The translations under genes were made by a program, and so were the position numbers. A DNA stretch of 64,000 nt from Lama glama (lineage: Eukaryota): the NCBI GenBank assembly GCA_028534125.1, contig CM052817.1, positions 56,732,001-56,796,000 of the forward strand, read 5' to 3'. Below the pieces are notes generated by a model. It did not search any database, was not told where the DNA came from, and was given only the letters and a program-made list of their open reading frames with translations. Positions 38,606-52,285 of this stretch are shown piece by piece (position 1 is the first letter of the stretch; every line of letters begins with the position of its first letter).

Positions 38606-39254
38606 AAGCAGAGAGACAGAGAAAATGACTTTCTTAAACTAAAACAGAAAGTTTCATCATGCTACCTGTGGAAATTACAAAACTATACACTACCATCTAA
38701 TATTATTGGATAGTATTTGCATATTATATTCTGTTTTTCCCCTTGTATATCAGAAACATTGTAAATGCTATCTGTTGATTTCCCTCTATCATTTACTAAA
38801 CTTCTCTCATTGTTATTTTTAACACTGCCTTATTGATGTGCTTCTCAATATCACAATGGTTTCTTGGAATTTTATATGGATATGAAAATAAAGGTCATGT
38901 GATTTATGATAGTACCTTTTAAAAGGCTGTCTGAAGGAAACATTCTGTGTTTTTAAAATTGACTGTAACAACACATTTCTAAGGGGCCTACTTGTGAAAT
39001 TATTTGTCCTTCTACAAAAAGAATTAAGCAAAAAGTTGTCCAGGACTAGAATCTAGAAAACTGCTTAGAAATAATGTTTTCCTTTGTAATTAAAAAGCAA
39101 AATCTGCCCAACATATTTTATCCCTATGAGGATTAAAAAAGTAATTGCATTTCTCATCTATGTACAAGTGAATGTATTCAGTTTAAAGAAACTCTAATTA
39201 TGGTATTTTGTGAATGGTAAAAAATATTATCTTTGTAATTACAATGTGGTATTA

Positions 39255-39256
<2 letters not shown>

Positions 39257-39292
<36 letters not shown>

Positions 39293-39294
39293 TT
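39257..39294. repeat. (ATTT)9 microsatellite
   Basis: Tetranucleotide run read directly. Confidence 0.95.
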
Positions 39295-40194
39295 GGCTCT
39301 GAACTTTATCATAATAAATAATTTATGAAGAGTTTTAAGATTTCCATTGATTCCTAGTTTGAATCAATATTTTTAATAGTATATACTAAATACAGGCTTC
39401 TTGTTGTGTATATAAAAGTAAGTAAATAATCAAACAAATAAGGATTCAAAGCAAGTTCACCAAAAATTTTCCACATTAGCTGATTTAAACTGAAGTCTAT
39501 ACAAGTTGAAATTGAATACAATATATTTTTTCCTTTGCTGCTCTTCCTACCACTGAGACAGTGCTATGTTATCATGTAAAATAGAACTCCAGTGAAACTC
39601 TTATCTCTGCCTGCAATATAATCCCCACAGCAGAGTCTAAGGCATGCCAGTATATATAACTTTTGCAAGTTAATTGTTTGTTTTAAACGTCTAAAATTGA
39701 AGTACCAGTGAATTTTACAAAACACTCACACAAAAATACGTAAACCAAACCCCCATGTAAGCAGCAGGCCACAAAATAAGAAACAGAAGAATGTATTACA
39801 TGAAATGCACCATTTGTATTCAAAGTGAAGGACAGCAGGGCAGAGGAAAGATTTTAAGAATGATATTGATAGACAGGGTCAATAGTCAATCACCAGTCTG
39901 TGATATACAAAGCAAAGTCATTCCACTTGGTGCAGGTTTGGTTACATTCACAGGAAGAATGCAAATTTAGAGCAGGTAAGTGGTCAACAGTCTTAGAAAA
40001 CTCTTAGTCCAAAAAATAAACTCTAATTACTCTTCAGTCTTACAAGGTAAGGTGCATCACATAGGCACCAAAGATGTTTCCTCTAGAGCTGGGTTACACC
40101 ATGCACCATAGGAAGACCCAATTGTCTCATAGAATGTTTCCCAAGAAGGTACCTAAATCATCATATGAATTCATCTCTATTTATTAAGTAACAA

Positions 40195-40385
40195 AGCAAT
40201 AATAGTAATAATGTGCATGTAGCTGGTACTCTTTCAGGTATTCCCATTAATCTCCATGGTAACCTCATCAAGTAGGCACTGTTTTCATCTTTATGTTACA
40301 GTTGAGTCAATATACATAGAGGTCATATAAGTTGGCCAAGTTTATGATATTAGCTATTAAAGGAGTCAAGCTTTGACCAGTAGAT
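40195..40385 (-). mobile_element. MIR fragment
   Basis: ttaatctccatggtaacctcatcaagtaggcactgttttcatctttatgttacagttgag...agaggtcatataagttggccaag. Confidence 0.7.
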
Positions 40386-43300
40386 GCAGAAAATTTCTTT
40401 AAATGAAAAACCAAAACTGGATTTTAATAATTTATTAAAGTTAGTAGATAAGAGAATATTACAGATTTAGGCCATTCTTAGTCTTGCCCTTTAAAAAAAT
40501 AAGGGATATAAACACACTTGTCCTGAATCCCCACACATTCTTAATTGCTATAGTCCCTTTAAGAAGCAGTATTTTAAACACAAAGAGAAAAGACTTAATT
40601 GCATTCTGCATATATGATAGACTTTTATCTAAAATCAGAAACTAATTATATTATATTTAAAATATGTGCATTAAATTTTAAATTATACTAAATTTTTCTG
40701 GAGTGGTTCCCTATGAAAATAGCCATTTCTATAACAATTAAAAGGATAATTTATCATATATATATCCATGCACATCCATCCTATAGTATGTAAACACAGC
40801 TTTTAATTAATTAAATACAGACTCACACATACACACACAACCACATACACATCCTGTTTTTTCATGTTATATTATCAATGAGTCCTAAACTATTAATAGT
40901 TAATATAACACATCTTTAATTTTGCTACTATATCAATCAGCCAAGTGCATATATCAAAAACATTTAATTTATTTTTTCTCTCAATTTGTTTACCCCTTTA
41001 ATTTGAATGACAGCTTCTCATTGGCTCCGAAATCCTAGAAAGCTGATGTAAGTGGGATGCAGAGAAAAAAAAAATGATAAAATCACTTCAAAGATATCAA
41101 CAGACTTCAGAGAGCAAAGTAACTTTCTTTTCATATGACTCAAAGTGTATTTCTACCCAGGAGTCACTGAATTTAAGAGAGTTTGCAAAGACTTTTTACC
41201 ACTCAAAGTTTTATCATGTGATGTCTCATGCTTTCCTAAAGAAAGCATTGCTAGGACTCTTTACAGATAAATGTGAACACAATGAAGACACTCCAGAAAG
41301 ACAGAATATTTGGAAGTTTTCTTTCCTTTCTCCCCTCTAAGCTTCTGCTTATGCCACTATCAAAAAAAAGTCTCTCTAAACTAATGTCAAGGTGACACTA
41401 ATATAACAAACAGAACAAATCTGTGAGCACCTAGCTGGGATTAAATCTGCAAACTATGGCCCTATCCCTATGTGAAAAAAGTCAAATGAACTACCTCAAA
41501 TTACCATTTTTACCAACTTCTTTGTATACATACCTTTAAGACTTTGAAGTATGATATTTTGTTCGAATCTTACCCTTAGCTTCATTGTATGTGCTTTTTT
41601 GTTCCCTGCCCCTATTTTCTTTGTTCTTCATCCTTTATTTCTTTATTTGCCTCACATATGCTTTGTTCTTTGTCCCTTCTTTCTTGTGTCTAATTTACAT
41701 TATCTTGCAATATAATGTCTTTAGGAACAAAAAGGGAAATAAATAATAAATGAATAAACAAAAACAAATCACAACTGAAATAACCAAATGTGAAGCAACG
41801 TAAAGAAGTTTCATGCCTTTCCTGTCAGATTCATCGAAAATTTATTGAGAATCTGGAGGCCTGAATCTGTGCAATACTTTTCTATGTAAAAGTATATCTC
41901 TGTCTTTTTCTTGGAAATAAGCATAGTTAAAAAGACAGCTCTCAGAACATCTCAAAAGATGACTAGCACCATAGCAGCATATGTTTTAGCTTGTTTTGAA
42001 ATATTCATTGAAACTATTCTTGCACTGGCAATTCTTTGGCCCAGAAATTGGAAAATAATTCAGTAGTGTTTAACTGCGCTCTCATTCAAACCTGAAAGAC
42101 TAATATATCTAACATATAATTATTAAGAAAAGATTTAAGAAAGCTATTTTTAATCTTTCCTTTTCTACAAGTCTGGTCCATGTAAAAATCAAATGCTCAC
42201 ATTGGTTAAATTCAATCCAAAAAAATGGTAGCAGGTATTAATTTTTCACAAGGAGAGAAAATTCAAACTAAGTTTCAAATGTACCATGCATGATCTTTGA
42301 CAATTTTAACCCAAAACTGACAGAATATAGCCATGTCCATCTTTGGGGGTATATATTATCTATATTTCTAAAATATATTTGTAAAATATTGTTTAAAATA
42401 TTTCTAAATATACTTTTAAATTAATGTCCAAAAATAGTGTCTGTATTTCTGCTAACTTGACTGAAGGGGAATGAGGAAGAAAGACTGTCCACCATTTGGG
42501 TCTGCTAAGGGGCAAGACAGAGAGTGGTGACATTTTGTTTTATCAGAAACACTGATGGGTCTTTGGATATGAAAATACAGACCCAAAGAAAAGTTAGGGA
42601 AAGTGAGCTAAATAGGGTGAGGAAAACTAGACTGAAGGGGAGAAACCTAGTTTTAAGCAATCTTGCAAAAGGTAAACTCCAAAAGCTAGAAAAGGGAACA
42701 GGGGAAGGCTGCATGGTGAAGGGCTGTTTTACAACTGTCTACAAGTAGAACACAGCCAGTGAAAAATCCCCGTAGCTAAATGGACAAAGGATTTTTTAGG
42801 ATAAGACAATTTACAGAAATGCAACATAGAATTCCTTCTGCTGCCCTAAAATCTCAGTAAAACCTACTACATGTAGGAATGATTTGTCTGAGTAGCAGAT
42901 TAAGTATGGGGATAGTTCAGTGTATTATAAACAGAAGGAAACAGAAATGATAATAAGAGGTCAGCAGAAGGAACTCAGAAACAGAAGGAACCACAAGGCT
43001 GGAACCTCCTGGAACCCCACAGAAACTTAGAGACAGTCTGCAGAGTATGTGGGATGAGTATTCCTGATTAAATCTCAACCAACTGAATGAATTCAGCTTA
43101 CATCCAGTTTACAAAAAACTAAAGAATTACCTTCTAAACAGAGGGGATGTAAAGTTTAAAAGAAACACGGAGATGTAGTTTGAAACACCTACATGTTCTT
43201 TAAAGTCAGTCTTCCCTGAAGGGAGAGAGTTAACTAGAAACCGCTTGCTATCCTTTCCCAAACCCAAGCTTCTAACAGAAAATTCAGCTGTTTCCAACTC

Positions 43301-44914
43301 GAATCAGAAAGGTTTTGTTACGAATATCATTTGAAACATTTCACAGGTCCCACAGCATTTAAACTTTTCATGCAAGTGGGAAATGTGAGCTCTGAGCACC
43401 AAAGTCTGAGTGCCTGATTTCCAAGGCAATGCAATGCCTCAGGTCTGAGTGCCTGTTAGCTGTCAGGAACCTGGCGCTAACATGTCACAGGCAATAAAGT
43501 ACATATTACATGTTGCCACAGAAAACTGATATGGGTCCCCACAAAACATAAAGGTGTCCAAAGCATGCCTTTTGCTGTAGCTGTCATTGCTACTTGACTT
43601 TATTAGGATTCCAAAGAACCAGGTCAATATTAGAACACTGGACATCAGCCCAGTCATTACATTTTGTTGACAGCTTAGCTGTGCCAGAACTTGAAACTCA
43701 GTTCCTCACGTTTAGCAGACAGAATAGATTTCTGTTTCCAATAAGCTCTTGACAAAAAGAATCTATGAAGACTGCATGTTTACAGAAGTCTGTGCCCTGT
43801 GAGGCGAAAAATATGAGAGTATCTGACAAACTGCAGACCTTCTGAATGTGTTCTACACACTGGATTTCACTGAGCTTCCTGAATAAAGCAAGAATGCAAA
43901 AAGGAAAGTAAATTTAGGAACACTGATGAAGAATTATTCTAGGTGCAAATGTTAATTCTTAGATAGTGTTTATGTTTCCAGCTTATTAGTTTTCCTTAAG
44001 AACTATATAGGCTATCTGCCAAAGTATGTATTATCAATGAATTTATTTACTTTACTATAGAGAGGTATACTTAAATTTCCATGTTGTAACTATTCACTGA
44101 CCATATCTCATTGTATGGCACTATGAGACCAAATGTGAGGCACCACACAGCTACATATTTCTAGAAGCATTGTTATTTTTTACAACTGAGGATAAATGAA
44201 TTAGGTGTTAACAAAGTTCACATAGAATGCTGATTTAATGTTGCACCACAAGAATATTTTACTCACTTATTCCCTCATTTTATTTGTTCTGCTTAAGCTT
44301 TAAACTCCCAGACTTCTGTACTTACACAGAGATATCTGATGTCTCTAAACACTATCTGTTAGATGTAAAAGGTAACAGAAATGTCTTCCAGATTCTGCTA
44401 TGTCTGCCTTATGGCAATCAGACTCATTTATCCAAGCAAGTTCCACTTAGGACATGGAAGAAAATATGGGTTCCATTTTGAATGACAGTCATCAAAAGCA
44501 TTGATTCATTCATTTAATTCCTTTTTGGAGTAAGACAGGATCACACTTGTACTTTAAGAAGCCATTTAAAAATACTTTGTCCATTGACATTCTGTCAAAC
44601 TTGAATGTTTTCTAAGTAAAGAGCAACATTTAAAGTTATATTGCTCTCCAAATAGTGTGGGCTTCTTAAAATGTATGTTCATAAATCTAAAATTTTATAA
44701 GACTGGGTTAGTTGAAAGAAGTTCATAGATTTTTAGAAATAGGATATAGACATAGGAAACACAAGAGGATATGAAACATACAGTAACAATTTTAAAATGA
44801 GATTCTTCCTCTCTCAGTTTCTTCTAAAGCCCCCAAAGGCCAAGAACAAAATAACAGGAGGCAATAGTTCAAACTGAATTTGCTAGACTATCAAAGCAAG
44901 ACTTGAAACGGAGA

Positions 44915-45308
44915 TATGTTGGTTTGCTTGGGCTGTTATGACAAAGTACAACAGACGGCGTGGCTCAAACAATAAATAGAAACTTATTTTCTCACAATTC
45001 TGGAGGCTAGCTTCCAAGATTAGGGTGTTGGCAGGACTGGTTTCTTCCAAGGCCATTCTCCTTGACTAGTTTATTGCCAGTTTCTCCCTTATCTTCACAC
45101 TGGCTTCCTTCTACACCCGTCTGTGTCCAAATTTCCTCTGCATATAAGGACATCAGTCATGCTGGATTAAGGTCCACAATAATGACCTCATTTTACCTCT
45201 TTAAAGATGCTACCCTTAAATAGAGTCACATTCTAAGATATTGGGTTGGGTGGGAGTGTTAGAATTTCAACATATGAATTTGGGAAGGATACAACTCAGC
45301 CCATGGAA
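44915..45308 (-). mobile_element. MaLR LTR (MLT1B-like)
   Basis: Antisense homolog of the 49319-49706 LTR (ttattttctcacaattctggaggctag...tataaggacatcagtcat...gtcacattctaagata); near-TSD ggaga/agaga. Confidence 0.9.
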
Positions 45309-45605
45309 AGAGATCATCAAAACCTTGTGACCTGAAGCTGAACAGAATCTCAAGGATATAAAATAATTGTGCCAAAAGAGAAGTTTTTTCCTGGAGAAAA
45401 TGATTGCGGTTCTGTGGCATTTTCCCCTACCCATCTCATGCAGGAGGAAAGGTAGATACTTCACCCTCAGTCCATGTCAAGTGACAAGGGCTTTAAAAGA
45501 ACAGATTACATAGCTTTACATACATTTCAGGAAGTTTAGGGGAATATAAAAGACCAGTTTTTTTGACTTATGCTTGAGAAATTTAACGTGAAAAGATACA
45601 GGTAA

Positions 45606-46236
45606 TGTGAAGGTTAATTTTATGTGTCAACTTGACTGAGTCACAGGGTGCCCAGATATTTGGTCAAACATTATTCTAGGCCTATCTGTGAGGGTGTTTT
45701 TGGATGAAATTACCATTTGAGTAGGTAGAATGAGTAGAGCCCTCCCTAGCACGGGTGCCATCGATCAGTCAGTTGAGGGCCTGAACAGAACAAAATGGCT
45801 GATCTTCCTGCGAGTAAGAGAGACCTCTTCCTGTCTGATGTCTTGAACAAAAGCATTGTTTGTTTGTTTGCTTTTTTCCTGCTTTCAGACTTAAACTAAA
45901 ACTTTGGCTCTTCATGGGTTTTGAGGCTGCTGGCTTTCAGACTTGGAAAGTTTACCACCAGCTCTTCTGACTTTCAGACCTTTGGATTTCAGTTAGAACT
46001 AACCCATCAGTTATCCTGAGTCTGCAGCGAGCTGACTACAGACCTTGGGGCTTCTAAGCCTCCATATTCATGTGAGGCAAGTCCTTACAATTAATAAATA
46101 TATATATATATATATATGCCATCCATATCTATATATCTGTGTGTGTGTATATGTACTTATACATATAATAGATTTATTATAAGAAATATATAGACTTCCT
46201 GTTGGTCTGTTTCTCTGGAGAACCCTGAGTAGTATA
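45606..46236 (+). mobile_element. ERVL LTR (MLT2B-like) with an internal (TA)n tract
   Basis: tgtgaaggttaattttatgtgtcaacttgactgagtcacagggtgcccagatatttggtcaaacattattct...tctgtttctctggagaaccctgagtagtata; near-TSD ggtaa/gctaa. Confidence 0.92.
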
Positions 46237-47044
46237 GCTAAAACTGTCAAGAGATGATCTTACTGGAAACAAGCTGTATGTCCACTGCTGATAAAGTGAA
46301 GGAGAGTTTTCCATGGTCCAGATGTGATCATGTAAGTGGAAGCTGCCTTTAGGGTCACCTTTTCAAAATGACACTGTCAAAGAGACTCCGCAGCTAAGAG
46401 GCACTGGAAGTATACTATTGGACAGGAAAGCTGAGGGGTGTCGTACAGCTCCCAAGAGAAAAGAGGCATTGCCTGACACAAGGCAGGCTGCAGTCTTTGA
46501 AATCTCTAAGAAAAATTATCGAAGTAAAAAAGAGAAATATTTGGCTTTGAACTTAAGCATACAAATGCCATATCAAAATTATATTTGTTGGAGAACAATG
46601 AGAAGACAGGTACAGGTGGTCAAAGGTACAGACTTCCTATTAGACATCAGATTCCACAACAAGCAGTTAGAGCACTGCCTTGGATGACCTCTACAATTTT
46701 CATTTTTGGTTAAAATTTTTTCTTACTAAGATTCTAAAAACCCAAAATATATCTTATCATTTTTCCTTCCAGTTTTATGTATCATCTTTCAGATTCATTG
46801 TTACCAATTTTATCTTGCCAGTTTCCTAGGCTAATTAGTGAAGAAATAGTATCAGATTTCTACCTAATCATTTAAGTTTGACAATTTGTGCTAAGGACAT
46901 TTCTGATATAGGTATATATGCAATTCTGAAAATCAGGATAGTTAGTGGTTATGGTCTTTGTTTTATGTGATTGTTGTTGTTGTGTAGAGATTCCTACAAG
47001 AGCATACAAAGAATAGACTTGAATAGGTAACCCAAATTGAACAT

Positions 47045-47360
47045 TTTGCCTACATAATAAAGTGGAAACTCCACAGTATGGCATGCAAAGCCATGAGCGA
47101 TTTGAACCTAACCTATCTTCCCATCTTTATCTCATTCCACTCCCTTCACTGCAGTCACCTCCAGACTACTTGCCTTCTACTTATTTTCCTTCCCTATCCA
47201 TCTGGTAAATTGATTTACATCCTTCAAGTTTCTGTGAAAGTCTTTGCATCCATCAACATTCTCCTTTGTGAAAGCTTCCCAAGTCCCTCAAAGCTCACAA
47301 ATGTTTCAACTTATAGCACTTTTTCTAGAGTTCTATTGTGAGATTTAACATGTCATATCA
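47045..47360 (+). mobile_element. L2 fragment
   Basis: aaactccacagtatggcatgcaaagccatgagcgatttgaacctaacctatcttcccatctttatctc. Confidence 0.65.
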
Positions 47361-49318
47361 CAATTGACAGGGTGTAACTATCTCACTGAGGAAACAATTT
47401 GGTTGAGGAAGGAAGGGGAAGGGAACAAATAAGTTGGTCATATGCATCCTTTCTTTCCCTACCTCCCAAAACCTAGAGCCATGCTTGCCTTAGTGATTAG
47501 AATACAGAACAATGGAAAATCGCCACACCACACAGTATCACATCACACAATTTTCTCTGGTTGTTTTGTTTAGGACCCTTGCCTTAGAGTTGATCTCAAA
47601 TTGGTTAAAGAAAAAACACAATTTTAAAATTTGTTCCCTGGTTCTTTGCCAGGGGTAAAGACCAAAAGTAGATAGCTCCTTGCATAGGAAAATATATTAA
47701 TGAATATTTGAATGCATGCTTCAGAAGCAGAGGTAGAGACATAATGGTTGTATATAAGAATGTAAAAGTAGTAAGAGATGTGAAGGACTGGCAAAAAGAG
47801 CATAAACATGAGAAATCTGAGTAAAGCAGAGATACAGGAGGAGAGAGTGGTAGTTGTGAGCCAAAAGGAAGGGAACCCAGCCAGTGTGATGACAATAGAC
47901 TCATGTTTCAAGAGGAACAGCTAGGATCAGATGACTGGATGAAGTAGACCCAGGAATGCAGGACCCTCGAAATCTACAGAAATGTTATGGAGGCAATTCT
48001 ACAATACATGGGATGGATGGAATCTCAAATTATCTTACTTGGATATCTTACTTGGATAAATAAAGGGTGATCCAGAATGCTAGAGGCTTAGTGCCTTAAT
48101 ATTTTCTCAAAACTGTTGAACTGGAGCTCCTGGTAAGGCATGTTGGCTTAGTCCACTATAACTCTTTCTTTACACTAATTACAACTGAAAACTCTAGATG
48201 AAAGGCAAAATAACTACCTAAAGAATCTAGAAAAATAAAGGAAATTGGGCAGATTATGAAGGAAAACTAAAACTTTGAAAAGTAACCTAAGTAAACAGCT
48301 AAAATTCTATAGAAACTCCATCTTCCAAGCCCAGCAAAGTAGCCTCTGTAGGTTGGAGGGGTGGAGGAATCATGGAGAAAATAGAGCTGAAGAAGGGAGG
48401 CCACTGATTGTGAGCATGAATCATCACAAGCTTCAGATTCACCCCTAAGCTATGCCTGTGTGGGACAGAACCAAATCAGTGTAGCAAAGGCTTACAGAAC
48501 TGGACTGTGATTTGAAACACCACCCACAGAAGGCAACAGAACTTAAGGTCTGAAATTACCTGGATTGAATGCTGCTAAAACAAACACATCAACATTCTCT
48601 AGAGAATCGTAACAAGACCCAGAATCGATAGAAATTAATATTCACAATGTTCAGAACATAATTCAGAATTACTCAACGTATAAAAAATCAGGAAAATGTG
48701 AAAAATTCTCAAAGAAAAAGATTATCAGTAAATGCCAGCCCTGAGATAACTCAGAACAATTATCTGACACATATTTTAAAGCAGCAATTTTACTATGCTC
48801 CTGAGATAAGTAAAAGGCGTTGAATTCAATGACTAGATAAAAATTCTCAGCAGATAAATAGATCTTATAGCAAAAACCCAAATGGTAATGTAAGAAGTGA
48901 AAAATGTAATATCTAAAGTAAAACAACAACCAAAAAAACAAAACCAACCTTATTGGATGGGCTGAACAGAATGGAGAAAAAAGAAATCAATGAACTTGAA
49001 GATAGTCAACAGAAATTATTCAGTCTGAAGGACAGAGAAGAGAAATTAACAGAGCCTCAAAGATCTGTGAGAAAAATATCAAAAGGTCTAACCTAGGAAA
49101 ACTGAAGTATTAGGAGAGGAGAAAGAGATTTGGCAGAGAAAAATATCTGAAGAAATAATGACCAAAAATTTCTCAAATGTGATGAAAGATATATATAGCT
49201 AAGTAAATACTCAACAGAATGAAATGAAACAAACACACACACACACTTTATAACCAAATTGCTGAAATAAAAGATATATGGAAAAAATTAAGAAACAACC
49301 AGAAAATATGATACATTT

Positions 49319-49706
49319 TGTTATAAGCTGAATTATGCTCTCCTAACATCTATATGTTTAAGCCCTAACCTCTAGGACCTCAGAATGTGACTGTATTTGG
49401 ACCTAGGGTCTTTAAAGAGGTAATTAAGATAAAGCAAGGTCACTGATGTGAGTCCTAATCAAACATGACTGGTATTCTTATAAGAAGAGGAAATATGGAC
49501 GTAGACATGTACAGAGAGAAGACCCTGTGAAGACACAGGGAGAAGATGGCCATCTACAAGCCAAGGAGAGTGGTCTCAGAAGAAACCAACTCTGCAGACA
49601 CCTTGATCTAAAAATCTAGCTTCCAGAATTGTGAGAAAATAAGTCATTTTATTTAAGCCTCCCAGTCTGTGGTACTTTGTTATGGCTGCCCCAGCAAACT
49701 AACATA
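49319..49706 (+). mobile_element. MaLR LTR (MLT1B-like), complete
   Basis: tgttataagctgaattatg...cctcagaatgtgactgtatttgg...ccagtctgtggtactttgttatggctgccccagcaaactaacata; perfect 5-bp TSD CATTT (49314-49318 and 49707-49711). Confidence 0.95.
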
Positions 49707-51368
49707 CATTTGCTCTATGCATTCAATGTATTTCCAATTAAAACTCCAACATACTTTCTTTTTTGCAGAAATAGAAATGGAGATTCTAAAATGTATAGAA
49801 AAATGCAAATGATCTAGAATGACCAAAAATAAAGGAGTAAATACGTAACATTACAAGACTTAAACTATAAAGTTATAATAATCAAGATAGTACAGTATTA
49901 AAAACAAGATAACCAAATCAATGGAACAGAATAGATATTGTCTAGAAATAGACATATAAATATATAGCCACTTGATTTTTCGACAAAGATGGCAATTCAG
50001 TGGGGAAAGGAATGTCTTTTTAACAAATAATGTTGGATAAATTGGATATCCACATGGAAAAAAGTGAACATTGATCCTTGCCTCATACCAACCAAGAAAT
50101 TTAACTTGAAATGGATTATAAACCTAAATGTAAAACAAACTACAAAATTCTAGAAAAAGTTCTAGGAAAAAATTTTTGCCACCTTGGGGTAGGTGAAGAT
50201 TTCTTAAAGAACACTTAAAAATTCAAAGCATAAAAGAAAACAGAGATATTAGATCCCATCAAAATTTAAAGCTTTTTCACATTGTAAGACACTGTTTCAA
50301 AAACAAGAAGATAAGCTACAGACTGAAAGAAAATATTCACAACACATGTGTCAGACAAAGGAATTATAACTAGAATATATAAAGAACTCTTAAACTTTAA
50401 TAATAAAAAGACAAACAGTGCAATTCAAAAATAAACATGCAAATATTCACTTTAGAAAAAAGTATATATGACGAAAAGTTCATGAAAAGATGTTCACCAT
50501 TATTGGTTATAATGGAAATGCAAATTAAAGCCACAGTGAGATACCAATGGCCAAAATTACTTTTTAAAAATTAAACTTTTATTTCTACCAGACCCAAACA
50601 TTAAACCCCTATATTTAACAAAAAGATGCAAAACACATACATCCACACAACACTTGTACAAAATGTTTACAGCAGCTTCAGTTGCAATAACCAAAAAACT
50701 GACATTAGTATCTATGTCCATGAATGGAGGAATGGTAATACCCATTCTACTGAACACTACTCAGCAGTGAAAAGGAATGAACCGTATTGATACACACAAC
50801 AACATGGAAAAATCTCTAAATCATTATGCTGAGTAAAAGGAGTCAGATTTTTTAAAAGAATGTAATTCTAAAAGTAATTTATCGATTCTAAAAACAATTC
50901 AGTGATTGTCTGGAGCATGCGGTGGGGGATGAGGTGGTTTGCCAAGGGGCACAAGTAAACTTTATGTTGTAACTAAAATGCTCATTATCTTGTGACTATG
51001 ATATGTGTATGTATATAAGTTGATCAATTTGTATACTTTAAATATACAGTCAATTCTTATTCATGATAGTTGTGTTCAGTAAAGTTGTTGCAAATACTGA
51101 ATCAGAGAATATGCAACTATTGCTCCGGGAAACACAGTTAGGTTCCTGTGAGCCTCTCTTGTCAACAACATTTCCATCAACCAAAATGCCACTTGCTTTG
51201 TAAATGTTTGCTTACCAACATCCTTGTAAAATAAGCCTTTCTCATCAGCACTGAGTACCTGTTCTCCCACATATCCTCTTCTTGTGTAAAACTTAGCAAG
51301 CATTTAAACAATTTTTCTGCAGCCTCCTGAACTACAAACTTAGCTTCACACACAACATTTTTCCCAGG

Positions 51369-52285
51369 TGTTAAAATAAATTTCTATCTCCAAGATGGAG
51401 CCGCTCCTTTCCAGGGTGCCACATCAGCAAACTGAAAGTTAGATATTTCATTTGCCTGTTAATGCTTCTCCATTAGGTCAGAAACCTAATATATCCAGTC
51501 AGTCAATTCCCCCAAATGCCAAGCCAACTTTAGGCCCTATACTTACTTCCTTTTTCCTTGATCTATGTAAATACGGTATGAAACCCTAACCAATCAACTG
51601 AAGTCCAGTACTTCATTGTTTTCTGCTTGTGTGACCCCAGAACAGTCTAAACCTGGCCCTATCCTGTTTCTAACAAGATACAGAGTTGTTTTTCAGAGAC
51701 AACAGAACAAAACCACAAGTCATGAAGCCGAAGCTTGGGCAGAGGAGAAAATTTTGACAAACACCCAGAACCAAAGTTTCTCCCCACCATGGAATCAACA
51801 GAGCAGGACATGACTGGAACCTGAACACCAGAACCCCTTCCCAAGCAAAGGGTCCTTTGTCCAGGAAGATCTGGTGTGGAAGCCCAGTTACCATGCCTTA
51901 CCAAAATGGCCAAGTTCCAAAGCCCTCCAATTGAAATCCACCCTCACCAGTGTTTCCACATACCAACCCTCTATCCCTAACTCTAAAAAGCTTGACCAAA
52001 CTCCAGATCAGGGAGATTTGAGCTGTGCCTCCTGTCTCCTTGCAGGTCTACTGCTCAAGAAAAAACTCCTTTCTCAAACACTAGCACCATTGTGTTTGCT
52101 TCTATACATGTCATCAGGCTGTAAACTCTTTCTGGGTAACACTTGCCTCTTTCTATAAAAGCTTGCAGCCCTCTCCCCTTACTTCACAGTTCTCTGAACT
52201 CTTGAGAGTGGGAACTGCAGCTTCATGAAGTGTTAAATAAAGTTTGTTTGTATCACCTAAATTGTCTTCTTTAATCATTTTAACA
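51369..52285 (+). mobile_element. ERV1-type solo LTR inserted in the Tigger (outer LTR)
   Basis: Perfect inverted termini TGTTAAAAT...ATTTTAACA; ccaagatgg motif; CCAAT near 51590; TATAAAA near 52154; AATAAA near 52236. Confidence 0.85.
51630..52141 (+). mobile_element. ERV1 solo LTR (MER34/MER39-like) nested in the outer LTR
   Basis: TGTGACCC...GGGTAACA termini; perfect 4-bp TSD CTTG (51626-51629 and 52142-52145); gggagatttgagctgtgcctcctgtctccttgc motif. Confidence 0.88.

Noticed and set aside
39936..39981. + strand exon ending at a perfect CAG|GTAAGT donor
   Set aside because: The acceptors are weak, the lengths (22 or 40 nt) are not frame-preserving and the peptide is unrecognised. A perfect donor is expected occasionally by chance in 64 kb.
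42929..42992. Three CAGAAGGAA repeats as a CRISPR-like or regulatory array
   Set aside because: These are short purine-rich units with irregular spacing in eukaryotic DNA. No repeat-spacer architecture was seen anywhere in the window.
51076..51303. Domesticated Tigger (TIGD-like) gene
   Set aside because: The catalytic-region motif is degraded, the DDE domain is truncated, there are stops, and the frame is split by LTR insertions.
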